DNA of 64,000 nucleotides. It comes from an uncultured Acidobacteriota bacterium. GTDB lineage: Bacteria > Acidobacteriota > Thermoanaerobaculia > UBA5066 > Gp7-AA6. The stretch spans positions 3,285,233 through 3,349,232 of the forward strand of contig CAVTYD010000002.1 in assembly GCA_963738945.1 (NCBI GenBank), in the 5' to 3' direction. Position numbers and translations under genes: made by a program. Every line of letters starts with the position of its first letter. Position 1 is the stretch's first letter. The notes beneath the pieces were generated by a model, which was given only the letters and a program-made list of their open reading frames with translations, did no database searches and was not told the origin of the DNA. Of the stretch, positions 42,580 through 51,862 are shown piece after piece.

Positions 42580-43137
42580 CTAGGTCTTCGCGATCGGACG
42601 GACCTCCACGGAGCCTCCGTGCTTCAGGTGCGGGCAGCTCTTCGCGACGGCCAGCGCCGCGGCGTCGTCCGGAGCGGAGAAGACGAAGAAGCCGCCGAGC
42701 GGCCGCTCGCCCGTCGCTCCCGGGCCGAGCCAGCGCCCGCCGCGCTCGAGCTTCTCGCCGCGGATCGAGGTGCCCCGGTTCCGGAGGCTCCGCGCCCAGT
42801 CGCGGTATTCCGCGATCCGCGCCGGCTCTTCGGCGTCTCCGCGCGACGCCTCGACCGGGGCGTCGTAGAGAAGGAGAACGTATTGACGGCCCACGGAGGC
42901 GCCAGCCGCCGGCCCGGCGCGGCGCTCGCCCACGAGGAGGCCCGCGGCGAAGAGCAAAGTGGCGGCGGCGGTGGCGAGAATCGTCCGGCCGCGTCCGCCC
43001 GGGCGGCTCCGGATCAGGCGCTCTGCGGCGAGCCGTGCGACCGTCGCCTCTTCGAGACTCGCCGGAGGCGCCGGGCCCGAGGCGAGCGTCGCGAGCGCCC
43101 GCGCCTCTTCAGCCGTCAGATCGTTGCGCTCGTCCAT
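42580..43137 (-). CDS. Anti-sigma-like single-pass membrane protein with a periplasmic YCII-like domain
   Basis: Has a short cytoplasmic N-terminus and one TM (ILATAAATLLFAAGLLV). The C-terminus is YVLLLYD...GGFFVFSAPDDAAALAVAKSCPHLKHGGSVEVRPI. Confidence 0.6.
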   Translation of the reverse strand: MDERNDLTAEEARALATLASGPAPPASLEEATVARLAAERLIRSRPGGRGRTILATAAATLLFAAGLLVGERRAGPAAGASVGRQYVLLLYDAPVEASRGDAEEPARIAEYRDWARSLRNRGTSIRGEKLERGGRWLGPGATGERPLGGFFVFSAPDDAAALAVAKSCPHLKHGGSVEVRPIAKT

Positions 43138-43666
43138 GACTTCCTCCCGTCAGCCGATCGCGCAGGGCTCGCCGCGCGCGCGAGAGCTGGCTCTTCGAGG
43201 TTCCCTCGTCCACGCCGAGAAGCTCGGCCGCCTCGGCATGCGTATAGCCCTCGACGTCGTGCAGGATGAGCGCCTCGCGATAGCCCGGCGGCAGCTCGGC
43301 GACCGCTCGTTCGAGATCGAGGCGCTCGTCCTCGCTTCCGGCGGGGGCCGCGGCCGCGTCCGCCTCCCGCGGCCACGGACCGTCGCGTCCGGACCGCCGC
43401 GCCTCCTCGCGAGACCAGCGGATGGCGATGCCGGCGAGCCAGGTCTTCAGGCTCGAGCGCCCCTCGAACTCCGGCAGCCCGCGCACCGCGCGGATCCAGG
43501 TTTCCTGGACGCCTTCCTCCGCCGCGGCGGTGCGACCGCCGTTCCAGCGGAGAAGGAATCGGTACAGAAACGGCGAGTGCCGCTGGTAGAGCGCCCGGAA
43601 CGCCGTCTCGTCACGGTCCGCCACGAATCGCGCCGCCAGCGTCGCGTCGTCCTCGTCCCCCTTCAT
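43109..43666 (-). CDS. ECF (sigma-70 family group 4) RNA polymerase sigma factor
   Basis: Region 2 is FRALYQRHSPFLYRFLLRW...QETWIRA. Region 4 is ELPPGYREALILHDVEGYTHAEAAELLGVDEGTSKSQLSRARRALR. Confidence 0.88.
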   Translation of the reverse strand: MKGDEDDATLAARFVADRDETAFRALYQRHSPFLYRFLLRWNGGRTAAAEEGVQETWIRAVRGLPEFEGRSSLKTWLAGIAIRWSREEARRSGRDGPWPREADAAAAPAGSEDERLDLERAVAELPPGYREALILHDVEGYTHAEAAELLGVDEGTSKSQLSRARRALRDRLTGGSHGRAQRSDG

Positions 43667-44181
43667 CGCAAGCGAGTCTGCACGATGTCCTCGAACCACG
43701 TCTCGCGGCCGTCCTGATACCAGCTCCAGCGCGAGACGACGCGGTCCGGCGACTCGAAGGTGAATATCGCCTGATCCATGTGGCCCCGATCGCGGGACGG
43801 CAGGTTGGCCGCGTCCACGAACGTGAAGACGACCGTCCGGCCGCCGTCTCGGAAGGAAGTCGCGCGAAGGCGCGGCTGGTTCTTCGCGACGCAGTAGTGG
43901 GTGAGCATGAGACTTTCTCCGTCCATGTAGAACGTCGTCGCCATCTTCTCGCCCGGATGAGCGTCTTCGGACATCTCGAGCACGGCCGATCCGGCGGCGA
44001 TGACCTCGTAGCGCAGCCGCTCGGTCCATCCCTTCGTGCTTCGTCCTTCCCAGGATCCCGCGAGCTCCTTCAAGCGCTCGTAGGCGGAGCGAGCCTCCGC
44101 GATCCCGGGATCCGTCTGCGTCGCGAGCGGAGGCGTCAGGAGAACCGCGAGGGCGAGGACCGACGTCCGGACTTTCGGCAT
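43663..44181 (-). CDS. Exported hypothetical protein (DUF1579-like)
   Basis: Has a signal peptide, then LKELAGSWEGRS...MLTHYC.... Its stop overlaps the sigma gene start (ATGA). Confidence 0.55.
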   Translation of the reverse strand: MPKVRTSVLALAVLLTPPLATQTDPGIAEARSAYERLKELAGSWEGRSTKGWTERLRYEVIAAGSAVLEMSEDAHPGEKMATTFYMDGESLMLTHYCVAKNQPRLRATSFRDGGRTVVFTFVDAANLPSRDRGHMDQAIFTFESPDRVVSRWSWYQDGRETWFEDIVQTRLR

Positions 44182-44229
44182 GAGCGTCTCCTTGAACCCG
44201 TCCTTGAGTGACGGAGAACGCCCGAACGG

Positions 44230-45609
44230 TTGCAGGGCGTGCGGTATATTCCGGCGCGCTTGGGCCCTCTCGAACGATCGGTCGCGACCGCCCTGCTCGG
44301 CCTGGACACGCTCTGGGGCGGCGACGTGATGAACCCGTCGGGGACCGGCCGGGCGATCGTCGACTCCTGGTTCTCCGACGAGCCGATGCCCGAGGCTCAT
44401 ACGCATCCGGCCGCGCAGCGGCTGCGCGCCTCGGGCGGCGTCGCGGCCAAAGAGCCCGACGAGGCCGCGGTGGATGCGTATCTCGCCGCGGTCGACGTCC
44501 GCGGCGCGATCGACGACGCCGCCGCGAGAGGACGGCAGCTTTCGGGGCTGCGGGCGGCGTTCTTCGACGGGTTGTCCGAGTGCCTCTCCGCGATGTGGGA
44601 CCTCTCCATGGAGCGGCTCGGCCGAGGTCCCGCGGTTCCGTACGAGCGCTGCGTGCTCGCGGCGACGGGGCGCCCGCCCGAGCCGTCGCGGCCCGCCGAG
44701 AAGCGGCGCCGCCTCGCGGAGCTGCTCGCGCGCGCGGGACACGCGGCGAAGTCGGACGACGAGCTGCTCGAGGCGGTCGACGCATGGCGTCGCGAGCGCA
44801 TGGTCCCGGCGAAGTCCATCCCGACGCTCGCGAACGCCTTCATCGCGCGCTTCGACGCCGCCACGGCGAAGAACCTGGCGCCGCATCTCCCGGAGGATCT
44901 GCGAGACGTTCCGCGCTCGAACATGACGTTCGTGCCGATCCGGGACGCCTGGTTCTCCGGATTCATGAGCTACGTCGGCCGGGCGCGCAACCCCGACGGC
45001 TCGCCGCAGTACGAGGCGACCTACGAGATCAACGCCTCGCTCGAGATTTCCGTCCCCGAGTTCGAGCAGCTCGTCGGCCACGAGGTCGTGCCGGGCCACG
45101 TGACGACGAGCGCCCTGATCCAGGGCCTGTACGTGCGCGGCCGAGTGGGTTTCGAGTCCACGATCCTCGCGATGAACACGCGCTGGGGCACGCTCGCCGA
45201 GGGCATCGGCAACAACGCGATCCTGATCGCGCTCGGCCTGACGGAGGTCGAGCAGGTGCCGGACGAAGACCTGCAGGCGGGACTCTGGCTCGCGCACCTG
45301 CAGGACGACGCCAAGAACCAGGCCTCGTACCTGACGTGGCAGGAGGGAGTGCCGCAGGCGGAGATCGCCGCGAGGCTGCGCCGGGATTTTCTCGTCAGCG
45401 AGGAGCGGGCCGGAAAGTTCGCGGGTGCGTGGGGAAGGCATCCGCTCTTCGGCCGCATGAACCTGCCGGCGTACCGTGCGGGCACCGAGGCCGTCGCCGA
45501 GCTGCGCCGCCGCTATCCCGCGAAGAGAGCCCTGCCGGCCCTCTACGGCTGCGCGGGCCTCGTGGACGTCGTCACGCTGCGGCAGGCCGTCGCGGGCAGC
45601 GCCGCGTGA
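44230..45609 (+). CDS. DUF885-related putative metallohydrolase-like protein
   Basis: Has the HEVVPGH motif (HE..PGH as in DUF885). The start is uncertain (TTG at 44230 or in-frame ATG at 44329). Confidence 0.55.
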   Translation: MQGVRYIPARLGPLERSVATALLGLDTLWGGDVMNPSGTGRAIVDSWFSDEPMPEAHTHPAAQRLRASGGVAAKEPDEAAVDAYLAAVDVRGAIDDAAARGRQLSGLRAAFFDGLSECLSAMWDLSMERLGRGPAVPYERCVLAATGRPPEPSRPAEKRRRLAELLARAGHAAKSDDELLEAVDAWRRERMVPAKSIPTLANAFIARFDAATAKNLAPHLPEDLRDVPRSNMTFVPIRDAWFSGFMSYVGRARNPDGSPQYEATYEINASLEISVPEFEQLVGHEVVPGHVTTSALIQGLYVRGRVGFESTILAMNTRWGTLAEGIGNNAILIALGLTEVEQVPDEDLQAGLWLAHLQDDAKNQASYLTWQEGVPQAEIAARLRRDFLVSEERAGKFAGAWGRHPLFGRMNLPAYRAGTEAVAELRRRYPAKRALPALYGCAGLVDVVTLRQAVAGSAA

Positions 45610-46661
45610 CGACGCGCCGGCGATTCCTGGCGTCGGCGGGGCTCGCCGCCGGAGGATCGCTCCTCGCGCGGCCCTCGCCGAAGGCGGCGCCGGCGGCCCC
45701 GGCGGGACCGATGCAGAAGCCGAAAGCGCTCAAGGCCGGCGACACCGTCGGCCTGATCGCTCCCTCCTCGTACATCTTCGACCTCTGGCGGATCGAGGAC
45801 GTCGCCCCGCGTCTCGCCGCCCTGGATCTCAAGGTCAGGCTCGGCGCGAACGTGCGGGCGCGGCGCGGCTACCTGGCCGGCACCGAGGAGCAACGCCTCT
45901 CCGACCTGCACGCGATGTTCGCGGATCCCGAGGTGGCCGCCGTCTTCTGCCTGGGCGGAGGCTATGGCACCGAGCGCCTGCTCGACCGCATCGACTATGC
46001 GCTCGTGCGCCGCAATCCGAAGATCTTCGTCGGCTACTCCGACATCACGGGGTTGCACCTGGCCTTCGGAAAGCTCGCCCGTCTCGTCACGTTCCACGGT
46101 CCCGTGGCGATGTCGTCGCTTCCGCCGTGGACGCTCGAGGGATTCCGGAAAGCCCTCTTCGGAACCGAGCCGCTCGGAGACGTGGCGAACCCTCCGGAGG
46201 ACGATCCCCTGGCGCCGCGCTTTCCGCGCCACACGATCGTGCCCGGCCGGGCGCGCGGGCAGACGGTCGGCGGGAATCTGACGCTCGTCTCTACGACGAT
46301 GGGAACGCCGTACGAAATCGACACGCGGGGGAGGATCCTCCTGCTCGAGGACGTCGGCGAAGCGCCCTACCGCATCGACCGGATGATCCTCCAGCTGAAG
46401 CTCGCCGGAAAGCTCGCCGACGCGGCCGGCGTGGTGTGGGGAACGTGCACCGACTGCGAGACCTCGACGAACTCGAGCTTCGAGCTCTCGCTTTCGATGT
46501 CGGAGGTCCTCGACGACCTGCTCGGCGACCTCGGCAAGCCCGCGATGGCCGGTCTCGTCTTCGGGCACACGCGCGAGAAGGCGACGATTCCCCTGGGCGT
46601 CGAGGCGGAGCTCGACGCGACGGCGAAGACGTTCACGATCGTCGAAGCCGCGACCGTCTAG
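45606..46661 (+). CDS. LD-carboxypeptidase (peptidase S66, LdcA/MccF-like), Tat-exported
   Basis: The GTG overlaps the preceding stop (GTGA). Has a Tat motif (TRRRFLASAGLAAGG). The Ser nucleophile context is VGYSDITGL and the His context is VFGHT. Confidence 0.85.
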   Translation: MTTRRRFLASAGLAAGGSLLARPSPKAAPAAPAGPMQKPKALKAGDTVGLIAPSSYIFDLWRIEDVAPRLAALDLKVRLGANVRARRGYLAGTEEQRLSDLHAMFADPEVAAVFCLGGGYGTERLLDRIDYALVRRNPKIFVGYSDITGLHLAFGKLARLVTFHGPVAMSSLPPWTLEGFRKALFGTEPLGDVANPPEDDPLAPRFPRHTIVPGRARGQTVGGNLTLVSTTMGTPYEIDTRGRILLLEDVGEAPYRIDRMILQLKLAGKLADAAGVVWGTCTDCETSTNSSFELSLSMSEVLDDLLGDLGKPAMAGLVFGHTREKATIPLGVEAELDATAKTFTIVEAATV

Positions 46662-46665
46662 CCGG

Positions 46666-48192
46666 TCAGCGTCTCGCTTCGCGGTCGAGGGCGGCCAGGG
46701 CCTCGGCATAGATCGCGTCGGCCTCCTCGCGGCTGTTGCCGATCGCCGTGAGGCCGAGCTTCCCGTACTGGGACAGCGCGCCGATCATGTGAAACAGCAC
46801 GCCGGTGCCGGTATCGTGGCCGTAGTGAAGGCGGTTCATCGTCGTGATGTCGATGAGGTCCTCGGGACCGAGGCCGCGGTACGCGTCGGACTTGAGGTTG
46901 TCGGTCGACCGGTAGAACTTCGGATGGCCCCCCGGCGAAAGGAAGATTCCGGAAGCGGGGTCGAGCTTGCCCCCGGTCAGGAACTGCAGAGCCAGATACG
47001 GGTGCGTCGTGCCTCCCATGCGCAGGTTGATCTCGAGAGCGAAAACCTCGAGCTCGCCGCCGGGCTGGCGGCCGACGAGAAAGTCGACGCCGAAGCGGCT
47101 CACGACGCCTCTGGCCGCGAGCACCGCCCCGACGCGCCGAGCCGCCTCCTGGATGCGGACCCGGTATGGATCGGCAGCGGGGAAGCGGCATCCCTGGTAA
47201 ACCTGCCGCGTCGGACCGCCGAGGATCTGGTCGTGCGTGGAGAGCAGCACGACCTCGCCGTGGGGGTCGATGCGCAGCTGCACCGACGGCGAGACGGCCT
47301 CGGGGTATTCGAGGTATTCCTCGACGATGCCCCCCATCTCGGCGAGCCTGGCGAGAAAGCGCGGGCGCGACTCGGAGGAAACCGCGAAGGAGAGGCTCGA
47401 CAGGGCCTCGCGGAGGAGATCGTCGCCCGGCCCGTCCGGATAGCCGAACACCGCATTGCCCTCGCCCGAGAAGCTCTCGTCGAGCTTGACGATCGCGCGG
47501 CGAATGGCGGGGCGGCGGCGGCGGAGCTCGGCCAGGGCGCCGACGACGTCGTCTTCCGAGCGCAGGTCCTCGAATCCCTCCGGGCACGCGACGCCCGCCT
47601 CGCGAAAGACCTTCCGGCTTCCCGACTTCGACCCCAGGGACGAAAGCGCGGGATCGACTCCGTTCAACGGAATGCCGAGCAGCACCGAGAGCCGGCGCTC
47701 GAGCGGCGTGGAGTTGAACACCGTCATGAACGCCCGCTCCGGCTCGGGAATCCCGTAGCGGATGCGCTGGATCAGGCGCGGCCTCTCGAGAATCTTCTCC
47801 GTCAGCGGACGGGGAGATGCGTCGTACGCGCAGAGCAGGGTCAGGCGCGAACGGGCATGGCTCGCCGGGATTCCGGCGAGCAGTTGAAAGTAGTACTCGA
47901 GAATGAGCGGATGGACGGGCTGGGACGTGACGTACACCATCCTCGCCTGCGGATTGCGCAGACGGATGAGCAGAAACAGCAGCCGCTCCTCGTAGAAGCT
48001 GGCCGCCTCCAGCTTCGACAGCTCCGACTGGTCGAGCGTCAGCGAGGGGATCACGACCGAGGTGTACGGCTCCTCCTCTCCACGGGCCGAGAGGGCGTTC
48101 CACAGGGCGTCCAGCCGGGGCTTGAGACGCTCGAATTCGGCGATCTCCCGATCGAGCGAGAAGTCGCGAGCGAACGGAGGTTTCGGAATCAC
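46666..48192 (-). CDS. ATP-grasp family ligase with a pre-ATP-grasp N-domain (PGM1-like peptide ligase family; tentative)
   Basis: The N-domain is VVIPSLTLD...FYEERLLFLLIRLRNPQARMVYVTSQPV...HARSRLTLL. The ATP-grasp-like core is KLDESFSGEGN...FALEINLRMGGTTHP. Confidence 0.6.
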   Translation of the reverse strand: MIPKPPFARDFSLDREIAEFERLKPRLDALWNALSARGEEEPYTSVVIPSLTLDQSELSKLEAASFYEERLLFLLIRLRNPQARMVYVTSQPVHPLILEYYFQLLAGIPASHARSRLTLLCAYDASPRPLTEKILERPRLIQRIRYGIPEPERAFMTVFNSTPLERRLSVLLGIPLNGVDPALSSLGSKSGSRKVFREAGVACPEGFEDLRSEDDVVGALAELRRRRPAIRRAIVKLDESFSGEGNAVFGYPDGPGDDLLREALSSLSFAVSSESRPRFLARLAEMGGIVEEYLEYPEAVSPSVQLRIDPHGEVVLLSTHDQILGGPTRQVYQGCRFPAADPYRVRIQEAARRVGAVLAARGVVSRFGVDFLVGRQPGGELEVFALEINLRMGGTTHPYLALQFLTGGKLDPASGIFLSPGGHPKFYRSTDNLKSDAYRGLGPEDLIDITTMNRLHYGHDTGTGVLFHMIGALSQYGKLGLTAIGNSREEADAIYAEALAALDREARR

Positions 48193-48267
48193 CGCCGGTG
48201 ATCTTAAGCCTCGGTCCGCCCGGGCTCTGATGCGTTTGGCTCAGCGCTTCGACATAGACTGCGCCCC

Positions 48268-49744
48268 GTGCCGACCGACCGCCGCCACGACCGCGCCGAT
48301 CTGAAGCGGATCGCGCGGCAGGTCATGGTCGAGAAGGGCCTCGAGCCCGACTTCTCGCGCGACGTCCTGGCGGAGCTCGCCGCGGATCCACGGCCCCGCG
48401 CCGGTCCCCGCGTCCGGCGTCCGCGACATGCGGGATCGGATCTGGGCCTCGATCGACAACGACGACTCCCGGGACCTCGATCAGCTGACGGTGGCCGAGT
48501 CCGTGCCGGACGGCTCCGGCTCCGTCAAGGCCTTCGTCGCGGTTGCCGACGTGGACGCCGTGGTCGCGAAGGGCACGGCGATCGATGCGCACGCCCAAAC
48601 CAACACGACCTCGGTCTATACGGCGGCCGAGATCTTCTCGATGCTGCCCGAGAAGCTTTCGACCGACTACACGTCGCTGAACGAGGACGGCGACCGGCTC
48701 GCGATCGTCGTCGAGATGACCGTCGCGAAGGATGGCACACTCTCGGCCTCGGACGTCTATCGGGCGGCGGTGCGCAACAAGGCCCAGCTCGCCTACGACG
48801 GCGTTTCGGTCGGCCTCGAGGGCGGCGAGTTCCCCGAGAGGGCGCGCGCCGTCTCCGGCGTGACCGACCAGATCCGGCTGCAGGACGGCGTCGCGCAGGT
48901 TCTGAGGCGCCGCCGCCACGATCAGGGCGCCCTCGACCTCGAGACGATCGAGCCGCGCGCCGTCTTCGACGGAGACACGATCGTGGATCTCTCGGTGCAG
49001 CCGAAGAACCGGGCCCGTCAGCTGATCGAAGACTTCATGATCGCCGCCAACGGCGTGACCGCGCGGTTTCTCGCGGATCGGAAGTTTGCGGCGCTGCGCC
49101 GCGTCGTGCGCTCACCGGAGCGCTGGCAGCGGATCGTGACGGTGGCCACCGGCTACGGGGAGAAGCTTCCGGCCGAACCGGATGCCCGCGCGCTCGAGGC
49201 GTTCCTGCTGAAGCGCCTCGAGGCCGATCCCGTGCGCTTTCCGGACCTCTCGCTCGTGATCGTCAAGTTGATGGGCGCCGGCGAATACGTGGTCGAGCGG
49301 CCGGGACAGGAGCCCGTCGGCCACTTCGGCCTCGCGGTCCGCGACTACACGCACTCGACCGCGCCCAACCGGCGCTTTCCGGACCTGATCACGCAGCGGC
49401 TCCTCAAGGCCGCCCTCGACGGCTCGCCGACGCCCTACCGGGCGAGCGAGCTCGAAACGCTGGCCGCGCACTGCACCGAGCAGGAGGACGACGCCAACAA
49501 GGTCGAGCGGCAGGTCCGCAAGTCCGCGGCCGCGCTTCTGCTCGAGCAGAAGATCGGCCAGCGCTTCGACGCGGTCGTGACCGGCGCCACGGAGAAGGGA
49601 ACCTGGGTGCGGATCTTCGAGCCGCCCGCCGAGGGAAAGCTGGTCCACGGCTTCGAGGGGCTCGAGGTGGGCGACAAGCTCCGGGTCAAGCTCATCGCGA
49701 CCGACGTCGACCGGGGATTCATCGACTTCGTCCGGATCGGCTAG
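48268..49744 (+). CDS. RNB-domain exoribonuclease (RNase II/R family); apparent frameshift near 48385
   Basis: The RNB core is IDNDDSRDLDQL...YTHSTAPNRRFPDLITQR, with an S1-like C-terminus. The family-like N-terminus (DLKRIARQVMVEKGLEPDFSRDVLAELAA) is in the -1 frame, starting at the GTG at 48268. Confidence 0.75.
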
Positions 49745-49855
49745 CCGCGACGCTCGCGGGCTGCCCGGGGCGGAAGGGTCTCGTTTCACGGGCAGTCGTG
49801 CTGATGTAAATTCGCCTCCTGTTGAGTAGCCCATTGCAAAGAACGGGAGGGTCGA

Positions 49856-51671
49856 ATGAAGAGGCGGTCTGCCGGACTGACGCTGGCGGTGCTCCTGGGC
49901 TTAGCGGGCGCCGCTGAGATGGCCGCACAGGCTTCCTCCGGCTCGCCCACCGCGGCCGACGCCAAGGCGTTCGTCGACGGAGCCGAGAAGACGCTGCTGC
50001 AGCTCTGGATCACTCAGAGCCGCGCCGACTGGGTCAAGTCCACGTACATCACCGACGATACCGAGATCCTCGCGGCGCAGGCCGCCGACAAGACGATCGA
50101 GGCGAGCGTCCAGTACGCGAAGGACGCGGTGCGCTTCGACAAGGTCGCGGTGCCCGAGGAGACGGCGCGCAAGCTCAAGCTCCTCAAGCTCTCGCTGACG
50201 ATGGCCGCTCCCTCGGATCCCGCCGAGCGCGCGGAGCTGACGCGGATCAGCACCGCGATGGAAGGCGCCTACGGCAAGGGCAAGTACTGCCCGACGAAGG
50301 ACCGCTGCCTCGATCTCGAAGACATCACGAAGATCATGGCGACCTCGCGCGATGCGAGAGAGCTTCTCGACGTCTGGGCCGGCTGGCACGCCGTCGGCGG
50401 CCCGATGAAGAAGGACTACGTGCGCTTCGTCGAGCTATCCAACAAGGGAGCTCGTGAGCTCGGGTTCAAGGACACGGGCGCGATGTGGCGGTCGAAGTAC
50501 GACATGACGCCCGAGGCCTTCGCCGCCGAGCTCGATCGCCTCTGGGAGCAGGTGCGTCCGCTCTACGTCTCGCTCCACGCGTACGTCCGGTGGAAGCTGC
50601 GGCGAGAAGTACGGCGACGCCGTGCCCGGAGAACGGGCCGATCCCGGCGCATCTGCTCGGCAACATGTGGGCGCAGACCTGGGACAACGTCTATCCGCTG
50701 GTCGCTCCGAAGGACGCGGATCCGGGCTACGACCTGACCGGGATCCTGAAGTCCCGGAACACGGACCCGCTGCAGATGGTCCGGTACGGCGAAGGGTTCT
50801 TCTCCTCGCTCGGCTTCGACCCGCTCCCGAAGACGTTCTGGGAGCGCTCGATGTTCACGAAGCCGAAGGACCGCGAGGTCGTCTGCCACGCGAGCGCCTG
50901 GGACATCGACTACGTCGACGACCTGCGCATCAAGATGTGCATCGACATCACGGCCGAAGACTTCACGACGATCCACCACGAGCTCGGTCACAACTACTAC
51001 CAGCGCGCCTACGACCAGCAGCCGATCCTCTTCCGCGACAGCGCCAACGACGGCTTCCACGAGGCGATCGGCGACACGATCGCGCTCTCGGTCACGCCCG
51101 AGTACCTCGTCAAGCTCGGCCTGCTCGACAAGGCGCCGGACACGTCGAAGGACATCGGTCTGCTCCTCGACGAAGGCGCTCGAGAAGGTCGCGTTCCTGC
51201 CGTTCGGGCTCGTCATCGACCAGTGGCGCTGGAAGGTGTTCTCGGGCGAGATCACGCCGGCGCAGTACAACCAGGCCTGGTGGGATCTGCGCCGCAAGTA
51301 CCAGGGCGTCGCGCCCGCCGTCGCGCGGCCCGAGGACGATTTCGACGCCGGACGCGAAGTACCACGTCCCGGCGAACGTGCCTTACATGCGCTACTTCCT
51401 GGCCGACATCCTGCAGTTCCAGTTTCACCGCGCCCTGTCCCGCAGCCGCGGGCTGCAACGGGCCGCTCAACCGCTGCTCGATCTACGGCAACAAGGAAGC
51501 GGGCAGGAAGCTCGCCGACATGCTCGCGATGGGCGCTCGAAGCCGTGGCCGGATGCGCTCGAAGCGATCACCGGCCAGCGCCAGATGGACGCGACCGCGA
51601 TCCGCGATTACTTCGCCCCGCTCCAGAAGTGGCTCGACGAGCAGAACAGGGGCAAGCCGGTCGGGTGGTAG
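49856..51671 (+). pseudogene. Peptidase M2 (angiotensin-converting-enzyme-like peptidyl-dipeptidase) disrupted by about 6 frameshifts
   Basis: The ACE-like sequence must be read across frames 2,0,1,2,0,1,0. Switches fall near 50603, 50628, 51176, 51353, 51444 and 51536. Motifs [10 protein letters not shown] and HEAIGD are present, as is [25 protein letters not shown]. The gene has a signal peptide. Confidence 0.8.
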
Positions 51672-51741
51672 CCCCAGGAGGGCGAGTCGTCCCCTCATCC
51701 TCGCCCCGCCGGCGCATCGCCCGGCCGGGCCCTCCCGAAGA

Positions 51742-51831
51742 CTACGGTTCCGTAGTGAAAATCGCTACACCCCGATAGAGCCGTAGGGCGGGCTTGCCCC
51801 GCCCGCGGGCGGCCGCAAGGGCCGCCCCTAC
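51742..51831. repeat. Cluster of GC-rich hairpins (REP-like) between convergent genes
   Basis: CTACGG-TT-CCGTAG lies at 51742-51755. GGGCGGG-CTTGC-CCCGCCC lies at 51786-51804. GGGCGGCC-GCAAG-GGCCGCCC lies at 51807-51827. The last two are enclosed by GTAGGG...CCCTAC (51783-51831). Confidence 0.8.
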
Positions 51832-51862
51832 AGAGACAAAACAAGGCAGGTCTTTTACAGCA

